This document shows positions 11,801-23,434 of a DNA stretch of 64,000 bases, piece by piece. The stretch covers positions 18,414,001 to 18,478,000 of the forward strand of contig NC_135830.1 in the NCBI RefSeq assembly GCF_964213995.1, given 5' to 3'. The DNA comes from Mustelus asterias (taxonomy: Eukaryota). Positions within the stretch are counted from its first letter, which is position 1; the number at the start of each line of letters is the position of its first letter. The translations under genes were made by a program, and so were the position numbers. The notes beneath the pieces were generated by a model. That model worked only from the letters and a program-made list of their open reading frames with translations, was not told the origin of the DNA and made no database searches.

Positions 11801-14800
11801 TGAGTACCTTGTGTGTGTGTGTGAGTACCTTATGTGTGAGTACCTTATGTGTGAGTACCTTGTGTGTGAGTACCTTGTGCGTGAGTACCTTGTGCGTGAG
11901 TACCTTGTGCGTGAGTACCTTGTGCGTGAGTACCTTGTGCGTGAGTACCTTGTCCGTGAGCACCTTGTGCGTAAGTACCTTGTGCGTGAGTACCTTGTGC
12001 GTGAGTACCTTGCGCGTGAGTACCTTGCGCGTGAGTACCTTGCGCGTGAGTACCTTGCGCGTGAGTACCTTGTCTGAGTACCTTGTCCGTGAGTACCTTG
12101 TCCGTGAGTACCTTGCGCGTGAGTACCTTGCGCGTGAGTACCTTGCGCGTGAGTACCTTGCGCGTGAGTACCTTGCGCGTGAGTACCTTGCGCGTGAGTA
12201 CCTTGTCTGTGAGTACCTTGTCCGTGAGTACCTTGTGCGTGAGTACCTTGTGCGTGAGTACCTTGCGCGTGAGTACCTTGCGCGTGAGTACCTTGCGCGT
12301 GAGTACCTTGCGCGTGAGTACCTTGTCCGTGAGTACCTTGTCCGTGAGTACCTTGTGCGTGAGTACCTTGTGCGTGAGTACCTTGTCCGTGAGAACCTTG
12401 TGCGTGAGTACCTTGCGCGTGAGTACCTTGCGCGTGAGTACCTTGTGCGTGAGTACCTTGTGCGTGAGTACCTTGTGCGTGAGTACCTTGCGCGTGAGTA
12501 CCTTGCGCGTGAGTACCTTGCGCGTGAGTACCTTGTCCGTGAGTACCTTGTCCGTGAGTACCTTGCGCGTGAGTACCTTGCGCGTGAGTACCTTGCGCGT
12601 GAGTACCTTGCGCGTGAGTACCTTGCGCGTGAGTACCTTGCGCGTGAGTACCTTGCGTGTGAGTACCTTGCGTGTGAGTACCTTGTGTGTGAGTACCTTG
12701 TGCGTGAGTACCTTGTGAGTACCTTGTGTGTGAGTACCTTGTGTGTGAGTACCTTGTGCGTGAGTACCTTGTGCGTGAGTACCTTTTGTGTGAGTACCTT
12801 GTGCGTGAGTACCTTGTGTGTGAGTACCTTGTGTGTGAGTACCTTGTGTGTGAGTACCTTGTGTGTGAGTACCTTGTGTGTGAGTACCTTGTGCGTGAGT
12901 ACCTTGTGCGTGAGTACCTTGTGAGTACCTTGTGTGTGAGTACCTTGTGTGTGAGTACCTTGTGCGTGAGTACCTTGTGCGTGAGTACCTTGTGCGTGAG
13001 TACCTTGTGTGTGAGTACCTTGTGCGTGAGTACCTTGTGCGTGAGTACCTTGTGCGTGAGTACCTTGCGCGTGAGTACCTTGCGCGTGAGTACCTTGCGC
13101 GTGAGTACCTTGCGCGTGAGTACCTTGCGCGTGAGTACCTTGCACGTGAGTACCTTGTCCGTGAGTACCTTGTCCGTGAGTACCTTGCGCGTGAGTACCT
13201 TGCGCGTGAGTACCTTGCGCGTGAGTACCTTGCGCGTGAGTACCTTGCGCGTGAGTACCTTGTCTGTGAGTACCTTGTCCGTGAGTACCTTGTGCGTGAG
13301 TACCTTGCGCGTGAGTACCTTGCGCGTGAGTACCTTGCGCGTGAGTACCTTGCGTGTGAGTACCTTGCGTGTGAGTACCTTGTGTGTGAGTACCTTGTGT
13401 GTGAGTACCTTGTGTGTGAGTACCTTGTGCGTGAGTACCTTGTGAGTACCTTGTGTGTGAGTACCTTGTGCGTGAGTACCTTGTGCGTGAGTACCTTGTG
13501 CGTGAGTACCTTGTGCGTGAGTACCTTGTGCGTGAGTACCTTGTGCGTGAGTACCTTGTGCGTGAGTACCTTGCGCGTGAGTACCTTGTGTGTGTGTGTG
13601 AGTACCTTATGTGTGAGTACCTTGTGTGTACCTTGTGCGTGAGTACATTGTGCGTGAGTACCCTGTGCATGAGTACTTTGTGTGTGTGTGTGTGAGTACC
13701 TTATGTGTGAGTACCTTATGTGTGAGTACCTTATGTGTGAGTACCTTGTGCGTGAGTACCTTGTGCGTGAGTACCTTGTGTGTGAGTACCTTGTGTGTGT
13801 GTGTGAGTACCTTGTGTGTGAGTACCTTGTGCGTGAGTACCTTGTGCGTGAGTACCTTGTGTGTGAGTACCTTGTGTGTGAGTACCTTGTGTGTGAGTAC
13901 CTTGTGTGTGTGTGTGAGTACCTTGTGTGTGAGTACCTTGTGTGTGAGTACCTTGTGCGTGAGTACCTTGTGTGTGAGTACCTTGTGCGTGAGTACCTTG
14001 TGTGTGTGTGTGAGTACCTTGTGTGTGAGTACCTTGTGTGTGAGTACCTTGTGTGTGAGTACCTTGTGTGTGAGTACCTTGTGTGTGAGTACCTTGTGTG
14101 TGTGTGTGAGTACCTTATGTGTGAGTACCTTGTGTGTGAGTACCTTGTGCGTGAGTACCTTGTGCGTGAGTACCTTGTGCGTGAGTACCTTGTGTGTGAG
14201 TACCTTGTGTGTGAGTACCTTGTGTGTGTGTGTGAGTACCTTATGTGTGAGTACCTTGTGTGTGAGTACCTTGTGCGTGAGTACCTTGTGCGTGAGTACC
14301 TTGTGCGTGAGTACCTTGTCCGTGAGTACCTTGTGCGTGAGTACCTTGTGCGTGAGTACCTTGCGGGTGAGTACCTTGCGCGTGAGTACCTTGCGCGTGA
14401 GTACCTTGCGCGTGAGTACCTTGCGCGTGAGTACCTTGCGCGTGAGTACCTTGTCTGTGAGTACCTTGTCCGTGAGTACCTTGCGCGTGAGTACCTTGCG
14501 CGTGAGTACCTTGCGCGTGAGTACCTTGCGCGTGAGTACCTTGCGCGTGAGTACCTTGCGCGTGAGTACCTTGCGCGTGCGTACCTTGCGCGTGAGTATC
14601 TTGTCCGTGAGTACCTTGTCCGTGAGTACCTTGTGCGTGAGTACCTTGCGCGTGAGTACCTTGCGCGTGAGTACCTTGCGCGTGAGTACCTTGCGCGTGA
14701 GTACCTTGCGCGTGAGTACCTTGCGCGTGAGTACCTTGTGCGTGAGTACCTTGTGCGTGAGTACCTTGTGCGTGAGTACCTTGTGCGTGAGTACCTTGTG

Positions 14801-17612
14801 TGTGAGTACCTTGTGTGTGAGTACCTTGTGTGTGTGTGTGAGTACCTTATGTGTGAGTACCTTGTGTGTGAGTACCTTGTGTGTGAGTACCTTGTGTGTG
14901 AGTACCTTGTGTGTGTGTGTGAGTACCTTATGTGTGAGTACCTTATGTGTGAGTACCTTGTGTGTGAGTACCTTGTGCGTGAGTACCTTGTGTGTGAGTA
15001 CCTTGTGTGTGTGTGTGAGTACCTTATGTGTGAGTACCTTGTGTGTGAGTACCTTGTGTGTGAGTACCTTGTGCGTGAGTACCTTGTGTGTGAGTACCTT
15101 ATGTGTGAGTACCTTGTGTATGTGTGTGAGTACCTTATGTGTGAGTACCTTGTGTGTGAGTACCTTGTGTGTGAGTACCTTGTGCGTGAGTACCTTGTGC
15201 GTGAGTACCTTGCGCGTGAGTACCTTGCGCGTGAGTACCTTGTGCGTGAGTACCTTGTGCGTGAGTACCTTGCGCGTGAGTACCTTGCGCGTGAGTACCT
15301 TGCGCGTGAGTACCTTGTCTGTGAGTACCTTGTCCGTGAGTACCTTGTGCGTGAGTACCTTGCGCGTGAGTACCTTGCGCGTGAGTACCTTGCGCGTGAG
15401 TACCTTGCGCGTGAGTACCTTGCGCGTGAGTACCTTGCGCGTGAGTACCTTGCGTGTGAGTACCTTGCGCGTGAGTACCTTGCGCGTGAGTACCTTGCGC
15501 GTGAGTACCTTGCGTGTGAGTACCTTGCGTGTGAGTACCTTGCGTGTGAGTACCTTGTGTGTGAGTACCTTGTGCGTGAGTACCTTGTGAGTACCTTGTG
15601 TGTGAGTACCTTGTGCGTGAGTACCTTGTGCGTGAGTACCTTGTGCGTGAGTACCTTGTGTGTGAGTACCTTGTGCGTGAGTACCTTGTGCGTGAGTACC
15701 TTGTGCGTGAGTACCTTGTGCGTGAGTACCTTGTGCGTGAGTACCTTGTGCGTGAGTACCTTGTGCGTGAGTACCTTGTGTGTGTGTGTGAGTACCTTAT
15801 GTGTGAGTACCTTGTGTGAACCTTGTGCGTGAGTACCTTGTGCGTGAGTACCCTGTGCGTGAGTACTTTGTGTGTGTGTGTGTGAGTACCTTATGTGTGA
15901 GTACCTTGTGCGTGAGTACCTTGTGCGTGAGTACCTTGTGTGTGAGTACCTTGTGTGTGTGTGTGAGTACCTTGTGTGTGAGTACCTTGTGTGTGAGTAC
16001 CTTGTGCGTGAGTACCTTGTGCGTGAGTACCTTGTGCGTGAGTACCTTGTGTGTGAGTACCTTGTGTGTGAGTACCTTGTGTGTGTGTGTGAGTACCTTA
16101 TGTGTGAGTACCTTATGTGTGAGTACCTTGTGTGTGAGTACCTTGTGCGTGAGTACCTTGTGTGTGAGTACCTTGTACGTGAGTACCTTGTGTGTGTGTG
16201 TGAGTACCTTGTGTGTGAGTACCTTGTGTGTGAGTACCTTGTGTGTGAGTACCTTGTGTGTGAGTACCTTGTGTGTGTGTGTGAGTACCTTATGTGTGAG
16301 TACCTTGTGTGTGAGTACCTTGTGTGTGAGTACCTTGTGCGTGAGTACCTTGTGTGTGAGTACCTTGTGTGTGAGTACCTTGCGTGTGTGTGTGAGTACC
16401 TTATGTGTGAGTACCTTGTGCGTGAGTACCTTGTGCGTGAGTACCTTGTGCGTGAGTACCTTGTGCGTGAGTACCTTGCGCGTGAGTACCTTGCGCGTGA
16501 GTACCTTGCGCGTGAGTACCTTGTCTGTGAGTACCTTGTCTGTGAGTACCTTGTCCGTGAGTACCTTGTGCGTGAGTACCTTGCGCGTGAGTACCTTGCG
16601 CGTGAGTACCTTGCTCGTGAGTACCTTGCGCGTGCGTACCTTGCGCGTGAGTACCTTGTGCGTGAGTACCTTGCGCGTGAGTACCTTGCGCGAGAGTACC
16701 TTGCGCGTGAGTACCTTGCGCGTGAGTACCTTGCGCGTGAGTACCTTGCGTGTGAGTACCTTGCGTGTGAGTACCTTGTGTGTGAGTACCTTGCGTGTGA
16801 GTACCTTGTGTGTGAGTACCTTGCGCGTGAGTACCTTGCGCGTGAGTACCTTGCGCGTGAGTACCTTGCGTGTGAGTACCTTGTGTGTGAGTACCTTGTG
16901 TGTGAGTACCTTGTGTGTGAGTACCTTGTGTGTGAGTACCTTGTGCGTGAGTACCTTGTGCGTGAGTACCTTGCGTGTGAGTACCTTGCGTGTGAGTACC
17001 TTGCGTGTGAGTACCTTGCGTGTGAGTACCTTGCGTGTGAGTACCTTGCGTGTGAGTACCTTGTGCGTGAGTACCTTGTGCGTGAGTACCTTGTGCGTGA
17101 GTACCTTGTGCGTGAGTACCTTGTGTGTGAGTACCTTGTGTGTGAGTACCTTGTGAGTACCTTGTGCCTGAGTACCTTGTGCGTGAGTACCTTGTGCGTG
17201 AGTACCTTGTGCGTGAGTACCTTGTGTGTGAGTACCTTGTGTGTGAGTACCTTGTGAGTACCTTGTGCGTGAGTACCTTGTGCGTGAGTACCTTGTGCGT
17301 GAGTACCTTGTGCGTGAGTACCTTGTGTGTGAGTACCTTGCACGTGAGTACCTTGCGCGTGAGTACCTTGTGTGTGAGTACCTTGTGCGTGAGTACCTTG
17401 TGCGTGAGTACCTTGTGCGTGAGTACCTTGCGTGTGAGTACCTTGCGCGTGAGTACCTTGCGCGTGAGTACCTTGTGTGTGAGTACCTTGTGCGTGAGTA
17501 CCTTGTGCGTGAGTACCTTGTGCGTGAGTTCCTTGTGCGTGAGTTCCTTGTGCGTGAGTTCCTTGTGCGTGAGTACCGTGTGCGTGAGTTCCTTGTGCGT
17601 GAGTACCTTGTG
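5815..17612 (+). repeat. ~11.8 kb intronic minisatellite, 15-bp unit GTGAGTACCTTGYGY (11/13/21/23-bp length variants)
   Basis: Directly visible. It starts exactly at the exon 2 donor, and rare variants recur at ~3.7 kb spacing. Confidence 0.98.
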
Positions 17613-17803
17613 TATGCGCGCGCGCGACGCACATTGCGAATGTGAAGAGTTATTGAATATCTCAGCTTCAGTGTCTCGGAGGCACGGTTGTTCACGGTGA
17701 TCCTCACATCACTCTGGACTGAGTCTAAGTGCAGCGAGGAAACATTTACTCAGGGGGAAAGACAGCTTGCTCACTTTCTGCTATCGCTTCCCTCTTCCCG
17801 CAG

Positions 17804-17910
17804 ATGAACACGCGAATCTCATTTCCCTGACGATCTTCTGCTTGAGAATTCTCTTCCTGAAGAGCATTGTCTTCAATGTGCTGATGACCATCCGTGTCTG
17901 GGTCTCCTAA
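17804..17910 (+). CDS. TRAC: TCR alpha constant exon 3, transmembrane/cytoplasmic (DEHANLISLTIFCLRILFLKSIVFNVLMTIRVWVS*)
   Basis: Acceptor CTTCCCGCAG| at 17803. The TM has the R and K residues (LRILFLK) for CD3 pairing and an FNVLMT-R-W-S C-alpha-type end. Stop TAA at 17908-17910; donor AG|GTGAGG at 17913. Confidence 0.93.
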
Positions 17911-18414
17911 AGGTGAGGAACGACGGGCGAAATTTTTCCGGGGTAGGATTCTCCGGTCTCGCTGCCGTGAGCGGAGATGTGGCTGAGCGCCAAATTCTCT
18001 GTCCTCGCCAGGATCGGAGGCAGCATGGGGTGAACGCGGCGGGAAAATTTCGGCAAACATTTGGCGCACTCGCCATCACGGATTTAGACCTCTCCTCTCT
18101 CCCTGCTGGACAGAGTTTAGCGGCTCAGTTCACAGACAGCAAGACCCCCAGCCTGCCCAGTATCCCACCCATCCCCACTGAAAGGCGCACCAAATATCCA
18201 TCGCCTATCCAAGGGTGTAACTTCCATTAAAACCGTAATAACATCGCTGGCGCAAAGCCATAACAAACAGGCGTTGACGTGGTCGGGGGAAAGGGATGAG
18301 ATTGATGGGGAACCAATACCGACACAGACCACCTGAATCTTGAAGACCTTGAATCAGTCTGCGTCCAGATGCAGCAAGATCTGGACAATATCCAGGCTCG
18401 GGGAGACACAGATC

Positions 18415-19275
18415 ATAGAACATAGAACATTACAGCGCAGTACAGGCCCTTCGGCCCTCGATGTTGTGCCGATCAGTGGTACCAATCTAAAGCCCCTCTA
18501 ATCTACACTATTCCAATATCATCCATATGTTTATCCAATAACCACTTGAACGCTTTCAACGTTGACGAGTCCACTACTGTTGCAGGCAGGGCACTCCACG
18601 CCCTTACTACTCTCTGAGTAAAGAACCTACCTCTAACATCTGTCCTATATCTATCACCCCTCAATTTAAAGCTATGTCCCCTCGTGCTAGCCAACACCAT
18701 CCGAGGAAAAAGGCTCTCACTATCCACCCTATCTAATCCTCTGATCATCTTGTCTGCCTCTATTAAGTCACCTCTTAACCTTCTTCTCTCTCACGAAAAC
18801 AACCTCAAGCCCCTCAGCCTTTCCTCATACGATTTTCCCACCATACCAGGCAACATCCTGGTAAATCTCCTCTGCACCCTTTCCAACACTTCCACATCCT
18901 TGCTATAATACGGTGACCAGAACTGTACGCAATACTCCAAATGCGGCCGCACCAGTTTTGTACAGTTGCAGCATGACCTCCTGGCTCCGAAACTCAATCC
19001 CTCTACCAATAAAAGCTAACACTCCGTACGCCTTCTTAACAACCCTATCAACCTGGGTGCCAACGTTCAGGGATCTATGCACATGGACACCCAGATCCCT
19101 CTGTTCCTCCACACTACCAAGTATCTTACCATTAGCCCAGTACTCTGTATTCCTGTTACTCCTTCCAAAGTGAATCACCTCACACTTTTCCGCATTAAAC
19201 TCCATTTGCCACCTCTCAGCCCAGCTCTGCAGCTTATCTATGTCCCTCTGTAACCTGCCACTTCCCTCCGCACTG
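18415..19275 (-). mobile_element. CR1 LINE 3' fragment
   Basis: Minus-strand ORFs MEFNAEKCEVIHFG and [13 protein letters not shown], with an AGAACAT tail repeat. Same family as 33890-34550. Confidence 0.88.
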
Positions 19276-19779
19276 TGAGGGAATCATGCCACACAAATGC
19301 CAGGCAATGATCATCACCACTAAGAGACACTCTAACCACCGTCCCTTAACATTCAATGGCGTTACCATCACTGAATCCCCCACTGTCAACATCCTTGGGG
19401 TTACCATTGACCAAAAACACACTGGACTCACCACAGTGACTACCAGTGCAGGTCAGAGGCTGGGAACACTGCGCTGAGTAACTCACCTCCTGACTCCCCC
19501 CCCAAAGCCTGTCCACCATCTACAAGGACACAAGTCAGGAGTGCGATGGAATACTCCCCACTTGCCTGGATGGGTGCGGCTCCCAACAACACTCAAGAAG
19601 CTTGACACCATCCAGGACAAAGCAGCCCCGCTTGATTGGCACCCCATCCACAAACATCCACTCCCTCCACTACCGACGCTCAGTAGCAGCAGTGTGTACT
19701 ATCTACAAGATGCACTGCAGCAATTCACCAAAGATCCTTAGACAGCACCTTCCAAACCCACGACCACTTCCATCTTAGA

Positions 19780-22045
19780 ACATAGAACATAGAACATAGA
19801 ACATTACAGCGCAGAACAGGCCCTTCGGCCCACGATGTTGCACCGACCAGTTAAAAAAAAAACTGTGACCCTCCAACCTAAACCAATTTCTTTTCGTCCA
19901 TGAACCTATCTACGGATCTCTTAAACGCCCCCAAACTAGGCGCATTTACAACTGATGCTGGCAGGGCATTCCAATCCCTCACCACCCTCTGGGTAAAGAA
20001 CCTACCCCTGACATCGGTTCTATAACTACCCCCCCTCAATTTAAAGCCATGCCCCCTCGTGCTGGATTTCTCCATCAGAGGAAAAAGGCTATCACTATCC
20101 ACCCTATCTAAACCTCTAATCATCTTATATGTTTCAATGAGATCCCCTCTTAGCCGCCGCCTTTCCAGCGAAAACAATCCCAAATCCCTCAGCCTCTCCT
20201 CATAGGATCTCCCCTCCATACCAGGCAACATCCTGGTAAACCTCCTCTGCACCCTCTCCAAAGCCTCCACATCCTTCCTGTAATGTGGGGACCAGAACTG
20301 CACACAGTACTCCAAGTGCGGCCGCACCAGAGTTGTGTACAGTTGCAACATAACGCTACGACTCCTAAATTCAATCCCCCTACCAATAAACGCCAAGACA
20401 CCATATGCCTTCTTAACAACCTTATCTACTTGATTCCCAACTTTCAGGGATCTATGCACACATACACCTAGATCCCTCTGCTCCTCCACACTATTCAAAG
20501 TCCTCCCGTTAGCCCTATACTCAACACATCTGTTATTCCTACCAAAGTGAATTACCTCACACTTCTCCGCATTAAACTCCATCCGCCACCTCTCGGCCCA
20601 ACTTTGCAACCTGTCTAAGTCTTCCTGCAAACTACGACACCCTTCCTCACTGTCTACCACACCACCGACTTTGGTGTCATCAGCAAATTTGCTAATCCAC
20701 CCAACTATACCCTCATCCAGATCATTAATAAATATTACAAACAGCAGTGGCCCCAAAACAGATCCCTGAGGTACACCACTTGTAACCGCACTCCATGATG
20801 AATATTTACTATCAACCACCACCCTCTGTTTCCTATCCGCTAGCCAATTCCTGATCCAATTTCCTAGATCACCCCCAATCCCATACATCTGCATTTTCTG
20901 CAGAAGCCTACCATGGTGAACCTTATCAAACGCCTTACTAAAATCCATATATACCACGTCCACTGCCTTGCCCCCATCCACCTCCTTGGTCACTTTCTCA
21001 AAAAACTCAATAAGGTTAGTAAGGCACGACCTACCTGCCACAAAACCATGCTGACTATCACCTATCAATTCATTACTCTCCAAATAACTATAAATCCTAT
21101 CCCTTATAATTTTTTCCAACATCTTGCCGACAACAGAAGTGAGACTCACCGGTCTATAATTCCCGGGGAAGTCTCTGTTCCCCTTCTTAAACAATGGGAC
21201 AACATTCGCTAACCTCCAATCTTCTGGTACTATACCAGAGGCCAACGACGACCTGAAGATCAGAGCCAGAGGCTCTGCAATCACTTCTCTTGCCTCCCAG
21301 AGAATCCTTGGATAAATCCCATCCGGACCAGGGGATTTATCTATTTTCAGACCCTCCAGAATATCCTGCACATCCTCCTTATCAACTGTAATGCTGTCTA
21401 TTCTACTCCCTTGCAACCCAGTGTCCTCCTCAGCTATATTCATGTCCCCTTGCGTGAACACCGAAGAGAAATATTGGTTCAATGCTTCACCAATCTCCTC
21501 CGGTTCCACACATAACTTCCCTCTGCCATCTATAACTGGCCCTAAACTTGCCCTAACCAACCTTCTGTTCTTGACATACCTATAGAACGCCTTAGGATTC
21601 TCTTTAACCCTATCCGCCAAAGTCTTCTCATGTCCCCTTTTAGCCCTTCTAAGCTCGCTCTTCAACTCCCTCTTAGCCAATCTAAAGCTTTCTAGTGCAC
21701 TACCCGAGTGCTCACGTCTCATCCGAACATAAGCCTCCTTTTTCTTTTTAACCAACAAAGAAACTTTTTTGGTGCACCACGGTTCCCTAGCCCTACCAAT
21801 TCCTCCTTGCCTGACAGGGACATACCTATCACAGACTCGCAGTAGCTGCTCCTTGAAAAAACTCCACATGTCGGACGTTCCCAGTCCCTGTAATCTCCTA
21901 GTCCAACCTATGTTTCCTAATTCTCTCCTAATAGCCTCATAATTACCCTTCCCCCAGCTAAAACCACTGGCCCGAGGTTCATGCCTATCCCTTTCCATCA
22001 CTAAGGTGAACGTAACCGAATTGTGGTCACTATCACCAAAATGCA
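19780..22045 (-). mobile_element. CR1 LINE, 5'-truncated, with an uninterrupted 722-aa ORF2 portion (complete RT domain), inserted into an older LINE remnant (~19275-19780, 22045-22320)
   Basis: KSPGPDG, NYRPVSLTS, QHGF, DFSKAFDKV, GVPQGSVLGP and KFADDTK motifs, with an (AGAACAT)n tail at ~19777-19803. Confidence 0.95.
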
Positions 22046-22534
22046 CTTGGAGGACAAAGGGGCAGCAGAGACATGGGGAACACCACCACCTGCAAGTTCC
22101 CCTTCAAGCCACTCACCATCCTGACTTGGAAATATATCGGCCGTTCCTTCGCGGTCGCTGGGGTCAAAATCCAGGAATCCCCTCCCTAACGGCGCCATGG
22201 GTGTACCTACACCACATGGACTGCAGCGATTCAAGAAAGGCAGCTCACCAATGGCAACTAGGGATGAGCAATAAATGTTGGCCAGCCAGCGATACCCATG
22301 TCCCACTAATGAATGAAAGAACAGATCGATAGGTCTGTCTCTCGTAGAGTTTTACAGCATGGAAAGAGTTCTTTGGCCCATCAAGCCCCAATCCCATTTT
22401 CCAAGCTACACGCTCGCAGTAATGTTGGATTTTCTTTTGGTTAACGTCTTACGGACACTTCTGACGAATATTTTCACACACTGGTGCGATCTGTCTCTGT
22501 GCTAACTCCATCCATTACCTCTTCCTCCTTCTAG

Positions 22535-23400
22535 ATGGAGAGCTGGACGCAAAAGACGGGAGAGCGTGGCGAAGACTGGAAGATGCTTGTGTCCCGCCGG
22601 GATGCGGAGTGACCTTCGCAGGGGATGGTGTCCGTCACGTGTCCAATACATATGTGTGTTTGTATGTGTCAGTCATGCTTTGATGGATCTCCATGAATGT
22701 ACGATGGCAAAATGTCTATCCGCCCGTCTGGAAGGATGGTGTAGTTTTCCAATCTCTTGTGTGTACCGTTTCTGGTAAAGCTCTCCTCGTAGCTTTCTGA
22801 ATAAAGATTATACGTGTATATGTATCATTGGAAAGTGTACATTTAATCGTCTGTATACATTTGAATCTTATCGTCGTTTATTTGTACAGGGTTTGACTTT
22901 TACTGCAACAGAATCCGCCAATCAATCCGCGCTTCTCTTCCCATGAAGTATAAATTGTTGTTTCCCTTTCTAGTCTGGCATGCTTGCCCATCTGTCGTGA
23001 TGAGTCCACGATGAGAAGCTTCGACTGCATTGTCTTTTTTCCGTCACCAATACGCTTTTGGAATACCTACATCCTCTCAGCAGTGCGAAACACTGAGCTG
23101 CTGTGTACCGCTATGTTTCAAGTCCTCGTTACGAAGCCCCCATTTTAATTTGAGGAACCACTTCACCCAACCCGTGGATGTAAATATTCTCCGATACTGG
23201 TGCAAAGATAGATGTACTGGCAATGTTACCATGTCTGATGGACATTGAATGAGTGGCTTCGCTTTGGACTGAGATTGCAATGAGATAGCGTTTGCTATTT
23301 TCGCAAGGACATTCCTTAATATTGTTACTTGTTGCGCGGGATTTTATAATTGGCAGAACCCTTCTCATAATGCTTGAAAATAAAATACATTTCAACACAA
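22535..23400 (+). other. TRAC: Probable non-coding TRAC exon 4 (3' UTR)
   Basis: Branch-like GCTAAC (22501), a pyrimidine tract and CTAG| at 22534 precede unique AT-rich sequence with AATAAA at 22800 and 23379. This matches the known TRAC layout with a non-coding last exon. Confidence 0.7.
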
Positions 23401-23434
23401 TTTAAGTCGATGGTTTCTCATTCTGTCTCATACA

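Noticed and set aside
5815-17612. CRISPR-like array
   Set aside because: This is a eukaryotic locus; the variable part is a 4-nt low-complexity slot, with no unique spacers and no cas genes.
5577-17707. Very long ORFs (up to 1929 aa) on both strands
   Set aside because: They are translations of the 15-bp satellite (EYLV/STLCV/RYSRT/KVLTH) with no domain structure. Only the portion in frame with exon 2 is discussed.
5396-17912. Assignment as TCR delta constant region
   Set aside because: The short EPSIY/CLATDYFP domain, short hinge and MTIRVWVS* end fit C-alpha better. No further J segments follow, as would be expected after C-delta. This was not database-verified.
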